A stretch of 64,000 nt of DNA from the NCBI GenBank assembly GCA_041664365.1, contig JBAYKW010000001.1:144862-208861 (forward strand). The letters run 5' to 3'. Position 1 is the first letter of the stretch, and the number at the start of each line of letters is the position of its first letter. Position numbers and translations under genes: made by a program. Of the stretch, positions 37,450 through 46,249 are shown in pieces. Under the pieces are notes generated by a model, which had not been told where the DNA came from, made no database searches, and saw nothing but the letters and a program-made list of their open reading frames with translations. The stretch comes from Patescibacteria group bacterium. GTDB lineage: Bacteria; Patescibacteriota; Patescibacteriia; UM-FILTER-42-10.

Positions 37450-38187
37450 ATGAGATTAGAAAATAAGGTCGCAATAGTAACAGGATCAGCATCCGGAATA
37501 GGCAAAGCGATCGCTGAACAATTTATAAAAGAAGGAGCCAAAGTTGTTTTCAGTGACATTAACGGAGATGATTCAATTTCTGCGGAATTTGGTGACAAGG
37601 CAATATTTGTAAAATGTGATGTATCAAAATCGCAGGATGTAAAGAATTTAGTTGAAAAAACATTAGCACATTTCGGACAGCTGGATGTAATGGTGAATAA
37701 TGCCGGAATCGGCGGTTTGGGCGGGATTATTGATATTACGGATGAGAGTTGGGAAAAAACAATCGGAATCAACCTTTCCGGAACAATGTTTGGGATGAGA
37801 GCAGCGGCTGGCGTCATGAAAGATAAAGGTATAAAAGGTTCAATTATTAATTTGAGTTCAATACTTGGAAAAGTGGGTTTCAGCGGTGCGATAGCCTACT
37901 GTGCGTCAAAAGGAGGAGTTGTTCAGTTAACTCATGCCGGGGCTTTGGACTTAGCACCGGACCAAATCAGGGTAAATGCCATTGCGCCGGGATTTATAGA
38001 AACGAATATGACTAAGGATGTTCTTGAGATGAAAGAGTTTAACGATTTAGTTATATCATCAACGCCACTCGGTTATGTCGGCAAGACTGAGGACATTGCT
38101 AACGCAGCAGTATATTTGGCATCGGACGAATCCGGCTATGTAACCGGTACCGTGATTTATGTAGACGGCGGTTGGACAGCTAAATAA
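37450..38187 (+). CDS. SDR-family oxidoreductase (FabG / glucose 1-dehydrogenase-like)
   Basis: TGSASGIGKAIA, NNAGI and YCASKGGV (YxxxK) are present. Confidence 0.85.
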   Translation: MRLENKVAIVTGSASGIGKAIAEQFIKEGAKVVFSDINGDDSISAEFGDKAIFVKCDVSKSQDVKNLVEKTLAHFGQLDVMVNNAGIGGLGGIIDITDESWEKTIGINLSGTMFGMRAAAGVMKDKGIKGSIINLSSILGKVGFSGAIAYCASKGGVVQLTHAGALDLAPDQIRVNAIAPGFIETNMTKDVLEMKEFNDLVISSTPLGYVGKTEDIANAAVYLASDESGYVTGTVIYVDGGWTAK

Positions 38188-38203
38188 ATACAAAAATATT
38201 CAT

Positions 38204-38635
38204 ATGAAAATAGGATTAATGCACAGCCTGGATTTTTCTAACGAAGTTCTGGCGATAAAAAAGCAACTGGAGGAAAAAGGACACAGTGTTTCCATGTGTT
38301 ATTCAGTTTCAAAAATAGAGAACGGAATATTCAGTGTTCAGGAAGTATTGGATTTGAAAAAATCCGGTAATTTTTCTGACTATACTATTTCCAAGGATTT
38401 GATCAGATGGAATTGGGAACGGATGAAGAAAGATGATGCTATCCTGGTTATCAATCTAGATAAAAATGGAATTGAAAATTATATCGGCGGTAATACATTC
38501 CTAGAAATAGGATTTGCGCATGTACTGAATAAGAAAATATTTTTGTGGAATGATGTCCCGGCAATGCCTTATTCTGACGAGATAAAAGCAATGCAGCCAG
38601 TGGTAATTAACCACAATTTAGATTTGATTGTTTAG
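38204..38635 (+). CDS. nucleoside 2-deoxyribosyltransferase-like protein (paralog of 9765-10175)
   Basis: DAILVINLDKNGIENYIGGNTFLEIGFAHVLNKKIFLWNDVPAMPYSDEIKAMQP aligns almost residue-for-residue with the motif block of the 9765-10175 protein. Confidence 0.55.
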   Translation: MKIGLMHSLDFSNEVLAIKKQLEEKGHSVSMCYSVSKIENGIFSVQEVLDLKKSGNFSDYTISKDLIRWNWERMKKDDAILVINLDKNGIENYIGGNTFLEIGFAHVLNKKIFLWNDVPAMPYSDEIKAMQPVVINHNLDLIV

Positions 38636-38701
38636 GTATTAGAGCGTTGCCGGTTTAGGTTCACGATGATATAATTACTGATAATATTTAATAAAATTTC
38701 A

Positions 38702-39661
38702 ATGCTAACGTATATCTTGTTTGTAATTGGATTCGTAGTTTTAATTAAAGGAGCGGATCTCCTGGTGGACGGCGCGGCTTCGGTCGCCAAAAAAATGAAA
38801 GTATCCAGCATCGTGATTGGACTCACGATTGTGGCTTTTGGAACGTCCGCGCCGGAGTTCATTGTAAATATCTTCGCCAGTTTTCAGGGCAATACTGAAA
38901 TTGCCATTGGTAATATTTTGGGCAGTAATATCGCCAATATACTTCTTATTCTGGGAATCTCAGCCATTATATTTCCATTAGTATCAAAGAAAAATACAGT
39001 TTGGAAAGAAATACCACTCGCACTGCTCGCGGCGCTTTTGCTTGGGGTTATGGCAAACGACATTCGAATTGATAATGGAATATATTCCGGTTTGACCAGG
39101 ATTGACGGTATGGTACTTTTAAGTTTCTTTATCATATTCATGTATTATACTTTCGGAATATCAAAAGTAACTGGAGATGGTGCGGACGATGGTAATATCA
39201 AAAAGATGAGTTATCCAATGGCTACACTCTACATAATTGGTGGACTAGTACTATTGATATTTGGAGGAAAATGGATTGTGGATGGTGCGGTTAAAATTGC
39301 CGAAGCATTTAATGTTAGTGAGTCGCTGATCGGTTTGACGGTTGTTGCGGTCGGCACATCCCTACCTGAGCTTGCGACGTCCGCAATCGCCGCCCGCAAA
39401 AAACAAACTGATATTGCAATTGGAAATATCGTCGGGTCGAACATCTTTAATATTTTCTGGATTCTGGGTGTAAGTGCTTTGATTCGACCACTCCCTTTCA
39501 GCCCCACAAATAATGTAGATATTATAATGACGGTTGTAGCAAGCGTGATTCTTTTTATGATTATGTTTATCGGAAAGCGCCATACGATAGAAAGATGGCA
39601 GGGGGTGTTAATGATCATGATTTATGTCGGTTATGTCGTATTTTTGGTCATGACTAAATAG
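38702..39661 (+). CDS. Ca2+/Na+ antiporter (CaCA family, YrbG-like)
   Basis: Two alpha-repeats, GNILGSNIANILLILG and GNIVGSNIFNIFWILG. Confidence 0.8.
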   Translation: MLTYILFVIGFVVLIKGADLLVDGAASVAKKMKVSSIVIGLTIVAFGTSAPEFIVNIFASFQGNTEIAIGNILGSNIANILLILGISAIIFPLVSKKNTVWKEIPLALLAALLLGVMANDIRIDNGIYSGLTRIDGMVLLSFFIIFMYYTFGISKVTGDGADDGNIKKMSYPMATLYIIGGLVLLIFGGKWIVDGAVKIAEAFNVSESLIGLTVVAVGTSLPELATSAIAARKKQTDIAIGNIVGSNIFNIFWILGVSALIRPLPFSPTNNVDIIMTVVASVILFMIMFIGKRHTIERWQGVLMIMIYVGYVVFLVMTK

Positions 39662-39681
39662 ATTAAATATTCCTAAATTAC

Positions 39682-40209
39682 TTGAAAGTATTAGATTTCC
39701 CGTCAATTCGGCAAACATATAAATGGGACTGCGGAGCAAACGTCGTCCAATCTCTTTTGGAGTATTACGGCATTGACCGGCGGGAAGATAATACAATTAA
39801 ATCAGTCGGAACAGATCAGAGTGGCACATCGGTTATTCAAATACAGAAAGCATTTAAAAAGTTCGGGTTAAATGTATATGCCGGTGAAATGATGGTAGAT
39901 GATATAAAAAAATATATCGATAATAAAATTCCGATAATTATACCGCTTCAGGCCTGGACAAATAAGAAAAAAGTAAATTGGGAGGAAAATTGGACGGACG
40001 GGCATTACGTTGTGGTTATCGGTTATGATCAAAAGAAAATATATTTTGAGGACCCTTCATCTTTTAATCGCACATATCTTGCATATGCAGAGCTAAAAAA
40101 ACGCTGGCATGATGAAGGAGTGGACGGAAAAAAATATATCAACTGGGGGATTGCCGTTTACGGAAAAAAACCGGTTTATAACTCCAGAAAAATAAAGCAC
40201 ATGGATTAA
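39682..40209 (+). CDS. papain-like cysteine peptidase, C39-like (Peptidase_C39_2-type)
   Basis: QTYKWDCGANVV suggests a catalytic Cys in a Q...C context. GHYVVVIGYD gives a downstream His. Confidence 0.5.
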   Translation: MKVLDFPSIRQTYKWDCGANVVQSLLEYYGIDRREDNTIKSVGTDQSGTSVIQIQKAFKKFGLNVYAGEMMVDDIKKYIDNKIPIIIPLQAWTNKKKVNWEENWTDGHYVVVIGYDQKKIYFEDPSSFNRTYLAYAELKKRWHDEGVDGKKYINWGIAVYGKKPVYNSRKIKHMD

Positions 40210-40328
40210 CAATTAGATAGCGCAATATTAGGCAATATGCGTCAGGAGTTGACAGAAACATCGTTATCAGGCATACTGTACGAGTTAATCAATCTAGTCG
40301 CAATTTGCGCGACTTTTTTTAATAAAAT

Positions 40329-42086
40329 ATGGAAATTAGAAATATAGCGATCATTGCTCATGTTGATCACGGAAAAACCGCTTTGACGGATGCTTTGATG
40401 CGCCAGTGCAACATGGTTGAAGAAGGCGTTAGTATGGACAGCAATGATTTGGAATTGGAAAGAGGAATCACGATTTATTCCAAGAATACGTCGGTTTTTT
40501 ACAAAGACACAAAAATTAATATCGTGGATACCCCGGGACATGCTGATTTCGGTTCCGAAGTGGAACGGGTATTGCGTTCGATTGATTGCGTATTGCTGGT
40601 TGTGGATGCTCAGGAAGGTCCGATGCCCCAGACCACATTTGTATTGAGAAAATCGCTGGAACTGGGATTGAAACCGATTGTTGTTCTGAATAAGATTGAT
40701 AAGCCGGCAGCGAGACCAGACTGGGCGCATGACGCCGTATTTGAACTGTTTATGAGTCTCGGCGCATCTGACGAACAGCTGGATTTTGCCGTGATATACA
40801 CAATCGGCAGAGACGGCTTAGCCAAATTAAAAATGGAAGATGAGGCGAAGGATCTGACTCCGCTTCTGGATTTAATTTTGCGTGAAGTACCGCCGGCGTC
40901 ATCAGAAGTATTTGAAGAAAAGGATTTGGCAGCACAAGTTTTTAATCTGGGTTATGATAATTTTCTGGGTCGTATGGCTGTTTCCAGAATATACACAGGC
41001 AAGCTGAAAGTCGGAGATAGTGTATTTATCAAGAAGATCGGCGGTGAGACCAATTCAAATAAGATTACAAAAATATATACATTTGAGGGTATAAAGAAAA
41101 AGGAAGTACCTGAGGCCTCCGCGGGAGATATTGTTATGATTGCCGGCATCCCCGATATATTTATTGGTGAAACAATTTGTGAAAAAGAAGATCGCGAGGC
41201 ACTACCAGCTATTATGGTGGACGAACCGACAATCTCTTTGGACTTCCTCGCTAATAATTCACCATTTGCGGGAAAGGACGGAAAGTATGTTACTACCAGG
41301 CAAATAAAAGAACGCCTGCAGAAAGAACTGGAGATCAATGTCGGTTTGAAGATTGATTTTTCATCAACAGATCACTATAAAGTGTTCGGCAGGGGAGAAT
41401 TGCACATTGCTATTCTGCTCGAGAACATGCGCAGAGAAGGATATGAACTGCAGGTTTCCCAACCGCAGGTCATCATCAAAGAAATTGACGGAGTAAAATG
41501 CGAACCTTTTGAGGAGATAACTGTGGATGTTCCGGTAGACTATTCCGGCATTGTGATAGAAAAGCTTTCCAAACGCAAAGCGAACATGCTGGAAATGCGT
41601 CCGGAACTGAGTCATATCCGAATAATTTTTGAAATACCAACCAGAGGTTATCTCGGTTATCGTAATGAATTTGTGATTGATACCAAAGGCGAGGGGATCA
41701 TCAGTTCGCGCATTACAGGATTTAAACCGTATGTTGAAGGAATAGAAAAACACAGCTTTGGTTCCATGATTTCCATGGCGACCGGCAAAGCGCTCGGATT
41801 TTCACTTTCCAATTTGCAGGATAGAGGAACTCTGTATATTGGACCTGGAGTAGATGTATATGAAGGAATGATAATTGGTAGCGCTGCAAAGGGATATAAT
41901 ATGGATGTAAACCCGATCAAAGGAAAACATCTGACCAATATGCGCGCTTCGGCAGCCGACGATGCTCTGAATCTGGCGCCTCCGATGGAGCTGACCCTGG
42001 AACGCGGTCTGGAAATAATCAAAGAAGATGAATATTTGGAAATAACTCCGAAAAATATCCGCCTTAGAATCAACAAACGGAAATAA
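40329..42086 (+). CDS. typA: translational GTPase TypA/BipA
   Basis: [15 protein letters not shown] (G1), DTPGHADF (G3) and NKID (G4). At 585 aa it carries the EF-G-like domains typical of BipA. Confidence 0.9.
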   Translation: MEIRNIAIIAHVDHGKTALTDALMRQCNMVEEGVSMDSNDLELERGITIYSKNTSVFYKDTKINIVDTPGHADFGSEVERVLRSIDCVLLVVDAQEGPMPQTTFVLRKSLELGLKPIVVLNKIDKPAARPDWAHDAVFELFMSLGASDEQLDFAVIYTIGRDGLAKLKMEDEAKDLTPLLDLILREVPPASSEVFEEKDLAAQVFNLGYDNFLGRMAVSRIYTGKLKVGDSVFIKKIGGETNSNKITKIYTFEGIKKKEVPEASAGDIVMIAGIPDIFIGETICEKEDREALPAIMVDEPTISLDFLANNSPFAGKDGKYVTTRQIKERLQKELEINVGLKIDFSSTDHYKVFGRGELHIAILLENMRREGYELQVSQPQVIIKEIDGVKCEPFEEITVDVPVDYSGIVIEKLSKRKANMLEMRPELSHIRIIFEIPTRGYLGYRNEFVIDTKGEGIISSRITGFKPYVEGIEKHSFGSMISMATGKALGFSLSNLQDRGTLYIGPGVDVYEGMIIGSAAKGYNMDVNPIKGKHLTNMRASAADDALNLAPPMELTLERGLEIIKEDEYLEITPKNIRLRINKRK

Positions 42087-42097
42087 TATTATTAGTT

Positions 42098-42135
42098 AAA
42101 ATCGACTGTAAAATTGAGCAGTCGGTTTTGATTTA
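42098..42135 (+). terminator. rho-independent terminator after typA
   Basis: AAAATCGACTG...CAGTCGGTTTT hairpin plus T-run. Confidence 0.55.
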
Positions 42136-42138
42136 CAG

Positions 42139-42167
42139 TTGATTTTTAAGCTAAAATATGCTAAGAT
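42139..42167 (+). promoter_or_regulatory. sigma70-like promoter (TTGATT-17-TAAGAT) for paralog 1; duplicated at 42844-42872
   Basis: ttgatttttaagctaaaatatgctaagat. The same string with 4 substitutions lies upstream of paralog 2. Confidence 0.5.
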
Positions 42168-42196
42168 ACGGTCATCTAAGTATTAATCAAAATATT

Positions 42197-42688
42197 ATGG
42201 CAGATCCAAAAATGCCAATGCCTGGCACACCAGATGATAATATGCCTGACGAGACTTCAGTTGATGAGAATAATCAGGAGACAATGGAGGCGGAAGTAAA
42301 CGAAAAAATAAGAGTATTTTTTGCTGATATAACAGAGTTGCGAGCTACCGGTGAGTTTGCTAGGAAAGACATATATAGTCAGTATTTTGACCAAGTATTT
42401 GATTCAATAAGTAAAAGTAAAGGTGAATATGTAAATTTTGATCATGTTGCTAACCAAGTTGACAATGCTACAGATATAATAAGAAGACTTCAGTTTAAAT
42501 GCGAAGCCGAAGCGCGTCATAAAAAGGATGAAGGAAATGATGTTATTAGTGAAAAAATGAATCAATTAGTAAAAAGAGCAGAAGAGATCTTACATCAGAT
42601 AATGGTAATAGCTTATAGAAAACATTACGATCTAGATTATGATGAGGTCCAGAGGGCATATGCAGAAATTCAAAAAGACGAAGAATGA
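42197..42688 (+). CDS. hypothetical acidic protein, M-A-D-P-K-x-P N-terminal family, paralog 1
   Basis: Starts MADPKMPMPG. The C-terminal RAEEILHQIM is shared with paralog 2. The ORF-track start at 42158 lies inside the conserved promoter string and is rejected. Confidence 0.4.
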   Translation: MADPKMPMPGTPDDNMPDETSVDENNQETMEAEVNEKIRVFFADITELRATGEFARKDIYSQYFDQVFDSISKSKGEYVNFDHVANQVDNATDIIRRLQFKCEAEARHKKDEGNDVISEKMNQLVKRAEEILHQIMVIAYRKHYDLDYDEVQRAYAEIQKDEE

Positions 42689-42843
42689 CATTTTGATGAA
42701 AATTTAAACAATAGTAAGAAAGATCAAGTGAAATTGTAACTCATAGAATTGGTGATTGATAGCAATCATCATGATCAGTAATCTTAGAAAAGAATAGTCA
42801 GTAAAATAGACCACAATAGTAGGTGGTCTATTGTTTTGTAGCT

Positions 42844-42872
42844 TGATTTTTAAGCTAAAATGTGGTAAACTT
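42844..42872 (+). promoter_or_regulatory. duplicated sigma70-like promoter (TTGATT-17-TAAACT) for paralog 2
   Basis: ttgatttttaagctaaaatgtggtaaact. Near-identical to 42139-42167. Confidence 0.5.
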
Positions 42873-42899
42873 CACTTAATTAAGTATTAAAACAATATT

Positions 42900-43307
42900 A
42901 TGGCTGATCCAAAACTACCAACATATGGGCAGGATAAAGAGTCTGAAAATAATGTGGAAGTAATGAAGTCATTAGTAAGTCAAAAAACAGAATCGCTATT
43001 TTCTGATTTAATGGAATCATATTCAGAAGATGAAGATCTTAACCTGGAGGATTATCATAGTCAGAATTTTGAATATTATCTAAATAGAATAAGACAATAT
43101 AGTTATATATATCCAGATGGACAGAATCCTGATATGGAGGAAGATGAGCGTTCCTTTTTAAAAAGAATTAAAACTATATGTGAAATGGAAAAAGAATTTC
43201 AGGCAGAAAATATGAATGAAGTTCTGCGAAATAAATATCAAAATTTTACTGAAAGAGCCGAAGAAATTTTACAACTGATAGGTGCCATAATTGATGCGTC
43301 AAAATAA
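42900..43307 (+). CDS. hypothetical acidic protein, M-A-D-P-K-x-P family, paralog 2
   Basis: Starts MADPKLPTYG. C-terminal ERAEEILQLIGAI. Confidence 0.4.
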   Translation: MADPKLPTYGQDKESENNVEVMKSLVSQKTESLFSDLMESYSEDEDLNLEDYHSQNFEYYLNRIRQYSYIYPDGQNPDMEEDERSFLKRIKTICEMEKEFQAENMNEVLRNKYQNFTERAEEILQLIGAIIDASK

Positions 43308-43338
43308 ATAATTATAGTGATAAATAAAGAAAATATTT

Positions 43339-43896
43339 ATGCAAGAAAAACAAGATCCGATATACGCAGATGATGATTATGAATCTGTCGGACTGCTATT
43401 TCGGCTACGCGCGCCGGCACTGATTATTGGGCTGTTTTTGGGCATTATCATTTCTTTTGTTACTTCTAATTTTGAGAAAGTTTTGGAAAAAGACTTTCAA
43501 GTTGCCTATTTTATTCCGTTTATTGTCTATATCGCAGACGCGATTGGCTCACAGACGACGGCTATCTATTCGCGCGACTTAAAGTCCGGAACGACAAAGC
43601 TTGGGAACTATATGAAAAAAGAGTTTTTGCTCGGCCTGTTATTTGGAACAGCGTTTGGTGTTGTATCAGGATTCGTGACTTATTTATGGCTACATAATTA
43701 TTTATTATCAATTACGATAGCTATTTCGGCGGTGCTGGCTATTACTACCGCACCATTAGTAGCCTTGGTTGTAGCCACTTTGTTCCAAAGATCGCACAGA
43801 GATCCGGCGGCGGGAACCGCTCCTATCGCAACCGTACTCCAGGATATTCTAAGCGTTGTGATATACGGTACTGTGGCAAGTATCATAATATTATAA
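43339..43896 (+). CDS. MgtE-family divalent-cation transporter membrane domain only (no N-terminal MgtE_N/CBS module)
   Basis: YFIPFIVYIADAIGSQT and GTAPIATVLQDILSVVIY match the MgtE TM-domain signatures. At 185 aa it has no cytosolic sensor domains. Confidence 0.6.
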   Translation: MQEKQDPIYADDDYESVGLLFRLRAPALIIGLFLGIIISFVTSNFEKVLEKDFQVAYFIPFIVYIADAIGSQTTAIYSRDLKSGTTKLGNYMKKEFLLGLLFGTAFGVVSGFVTYLWLHNYLLSITIAISAVLAITTAPLVALVVATLFQRSHRDPAAGTAPIATVLQDILSVVIYGTVASIIIL

Positions 43897-43921
43897 ACAC
43901 ATAATAAACTAACTAAATTTT

Positions 43922-44461
43922 ATGGGAGATCCAAAACCACCGTTACCAGATGAATTTAACGATCCGCAAATTGACCGTGTGCTTGGCGATGCAGAAATGA
44001 GTGATACGAACCACCTCATTGATAGTGCTGCAAGTGCGGGCAATCCTGAGCAAGGCACCTACCGTGAACCAGCCGACCTAGAAGCACACATCGCGTTGCG
44101 AGACGAGATGTTGGATCAATACTACCGCTATAAAGATAAGTCAAAGCGACCAACTCAAAGAATTGGAGAAAATTTTGAGCCAGCGGCAGATCTGGATGGT
44201 CTTTTGCGACAGATAGAGGTTGTTACCGATGAGTGGCACCGTGATCTGGGTCCTGACGATTCACTAGATTATATGCGAAACGAAGCAGTTCGTGTACTAG
44301 AACTACCACTTATTCAATCACTCGCAATACGTATTAACGAGATACCTGAAGAAAAGCGTAGCGACGTCATTGCACTTCTAGAAGACTTTGCAACTATTGG
44401 TGATGATAGGCGCGCAAGAGAAGAAGCACAATCCATTATTGAACGTCTTCAAGGTGCATAG
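43922..44461 (+). CDS. hypothetical acidic protein, M-G-D-P-K-P-P family, divergent paralog 3 (higher GC)
   Basis: Starts MGDPKPPLPDE. C-terminal ...ARREEAQSIIERLQGA resembles the RAEEIL tail of paralogs 1 and 2. GC is ~47%. Confidence 0.35.
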   Translation: MGDPKPPLPDEFNDPQIDRVLGDAEMSDTNHLIDSAASAGNPEQGTYREPADLEAHIALRDEMLDQYYRYKDKSKRPTQRIGENFEPAADLDGLLRQIEVVTDEWHRDLGPDDSLDYMRNEAVRVLELPLIQSLAIRINEIPEEKRSDVIALLEDFATIGDDRRAREEAQSIIERLQGA

Positions 44462-44462
44462 T

Positions 44463-45107
44463 ATGGTAAAAGCTGTAATATTCGACATGGATGGTGTGAT
44501 ATCAGACACGCAGAAATTCCACTCAAAAGTTGAAAGTGAATTACTTGGTCGTTTCGGGATTGTTATAACCCCGGCGCAGATAACCGAAAGGTATGCCGGA
44601 GTAAAGACGACTGAATTTTTTACAGATTTGCTGGAAAAAAACGGCGCAAGTTTTGATCTGGATGAACTGATGAAAGAAAAATGGGTGATGATGGAAAATT
44701 TATCAAAGTCACATGTAGATGAAATTACTGGATCCGTCTCTCTGATAAAAATGCTGACTGAGATGAATATTAAACTAGCAGTGGCATCGGCGTCTGATAC
44801 AAAATATGTAATTTCAGTATTGGATAAATTAGCGATAAGGGACTATTTTGAAGCGGTTGTAACGGGACAAATGGTTTCTCGCGGAAAGCCCGATCCGGAA
44901 ATATTTCTGCTGGCTGCGGAAAAAATTGGTGTTGATCCGAAAAATTGCGTAGTTATTGAAGACGGAAAAAGCGGGATGCAGGCAGCAGCTGCTGCGCAAA
45001 TGAAAAGTATTGGCTTGGTTAACGATAAAAATGCTGATTACCCGACAAAAAACCTGGTAACTACTTTGCCTGAAATTACATTTGGATATATTAATAAATT
45101 GGTTTGA
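44463..45107 (+). CDS. HAD-family hydrolase (beta-phosphoglucomutase-like)
   Basis: VIFDMDGVISDT motif I, LAVASAS motif II, and C-terminal VVIEDGKSGMQAA motif IV. Start moved to the Met at 44463 to remove overlap with the upstream gene. Confidence 0.75.
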   Translation: MVKAVIFDMDGVISDTQKFHSKVESELLGRFGIVITPAQITERYAGVKTTEFFTDLLEKNGASFDLDELMKEKWVMMENLSKSHVDEITGSVSLIKMLTEMNIKLAVASASDTKYVISVLDKLAIRDYFEAVVTGQMVSRGKPDPEIFLLAAEKIGVDPKNCVVIEDGKSGMQAAAAAQMKSIGLVNDKNADYPTKNLVTTLPEITFGYINKLV

Positions 45108-45400
45108 ATATGAACCGTGCACCGTTAAAAAAATCAGAAATGGAAAATATCGGTGATATTTTCAAGAAAAAAACCCCCGGCAAAAAACCGCCCGCTTACC
45201 AGTGGCAGGATCTGGCATTGCGGGTGATTGAGGATTTACATATACCCAGTTTCAAAAGGAATTCCGTCTTTAAAGCCTGCCGGGATCATGATAAATATTT
45301 TATCCAGAAGTGTGTAGCAGACACGAAAGAATTGGCGGATGAAGGAGAAAAGTGGAAATACTTTTTCAAACTGGTTGGTAAAAAGCCTGAGGAAAAATAA
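45104..45400 (+). CDS. hypothetical basic protein
   Basis: 98 aa, lysine-rich. No motif recognised. Confidence 0.3.
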   Translation: MNMNRAPLKKSEMENIGDIFKKKTPGKKPPAYQWQDLALRVIEDLHIPSFKRNSVFKACRDHDKYFIQKCVADTKELADEGEKWKYFFKLVGKKPEEK

Positions 45401-45432
45401 AAAAGAGTTTAGTCGCTAAGCTCTTTTTTTGT
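45398..45432. terminator. bidirectional rho-independent terminator between convergent genes
   Basis: AAAAAGAG-loop-CTCTTTTT with A/T runs on both sides. Confidence 0.6.
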
Positions 45433-45436
45433 TTGA

Positions 45437-46231
45437 TTACCCAAGCAAAAAATTACAGGTCAGATAACCGACGCCGAATGGATGTTCGTACGCCAAAACG
45501 TTTGCGCGATAATTAATCCCTTTCAAAATTCCCATCAGCATCACCATTGAACGGTATCCGCATTCTGCAGCTTCTTCCACAAATTTGGGATCCAATTTTA
45601 ATATGTTTTGTTCCTGTTTATTCTTCAGCATATCGACTATCATTTCATCAAATTCTTTCCCTTTTTCGTTGAAACCGGCCGGAGCTTCGGAAGTTATGGC
45701 GTGAGAAAGGTCGCCGGAAGCGATTACGGCAATTCTTTTATTCGTCTTCATTATTTCTCTTTGTAAAAGCTTTCCGAATTCAAAGTGCGTCTTTACGTCC
45801 AAAAAACTGAAACTGATCGGAACTATCGGTACGCTTTTAAGATTTTTCATAAGGTAAAAAAGCGGAACAGCACAGCCGTGATCCAGCTTTGATTCACAGA
45901 TCAGATTTAGAGGAATACCCTCATCCTGAGTGCGCATTTTTATATTGGCGGAAAGTTCCAGATCAGGCTTGAAGGAAAAGGAAGTTTCGAAATCACCAAA
46001 ATCTTCAAAATCGCAGTTAAATTTTTCGCAAGCATTAATAAAAAAAGTGTCCTCGGAAATCGGAGCGTGCGGGGAAATTATAATAACTGTATCCGGCTTT
46101 GAAGCGTAAAGTTCATTCGCCAGACTATGCAGGGCCTGTTCTGATTTCTTAACCCTCTCTAAATTTTCCCGTCCGACATTCGGGATGAGCAGGGGAGGAT
46201 GCGGTGTGATGGCGCTGAAAATAAGCGACAT
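45437..46231 (-). CDS. class III extradiol dioxygenase-like protein (LigB/YgiD/MEMO1 superfamily)
   Basis: ITPHPPLLIP, IISPHAP and ASGDLSHAI parallel the His-containing motifs of YgiD/LigB (GHGSP, SAHW, ASGNVVHNL). Confidence 0.5.
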   Translation of the reverse strand: MSLIFSAITPHPPLLIPNVGRENLERVKKSEQALHSLANELYASKPDTVIIISPHAPISEDTFFINACEKFNCDFEDFGDFETSFSFKPDLELSANIKMRTQDEGIPLNLICESKLDHGCAVPLFYLMKNLKSVPIVPISFSFLDVKTHFEFGKLLQREIMKTNKRIAVIASGDLSHAITSEAPAGFNEKGKEFDEMIVDMLKNKQEQNILKLDPKFVEEAAECGYRSMVMLMGILKGINYRANVLAYEHPFGVGYLTCNFLLG

Positions 46232-46249
46232 AACTTTTATGTGAGTTAT

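Noticed and set aside
40242-40328. Hairpin GTCGC-aatttgc-GCGAC plus T-run immediately upstream of typA, as a terminator
   Set aside because: It lies between a putative TTGACA promoter and the typA start, so it may be the terminator of the upstream peptidase gene or a leader structure. The stem is too short and its position too ambiguous to annotate confidently.
42158-42196. ORF-track start MLRYGHLSINQNI for the first MADPK-family gene
   Set aside because: These 39 nt fall inside the promoter/leader string that is duplicated upstream of the second paralog, where the corresponding ATG is followed immediately by a stop (atgtggtaa). The conserved start is the MADPK Met at 42197.
44388-44462. Long N-terminal extension of the HAD hydrolase overlapping the preceding gene
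   Set aside because: The extension overlaps 43922-44461 in another frame. The HAD motif I (VIFDMDGV) begins 4 residues after the Met at 44463, which is the typical distance from the start.
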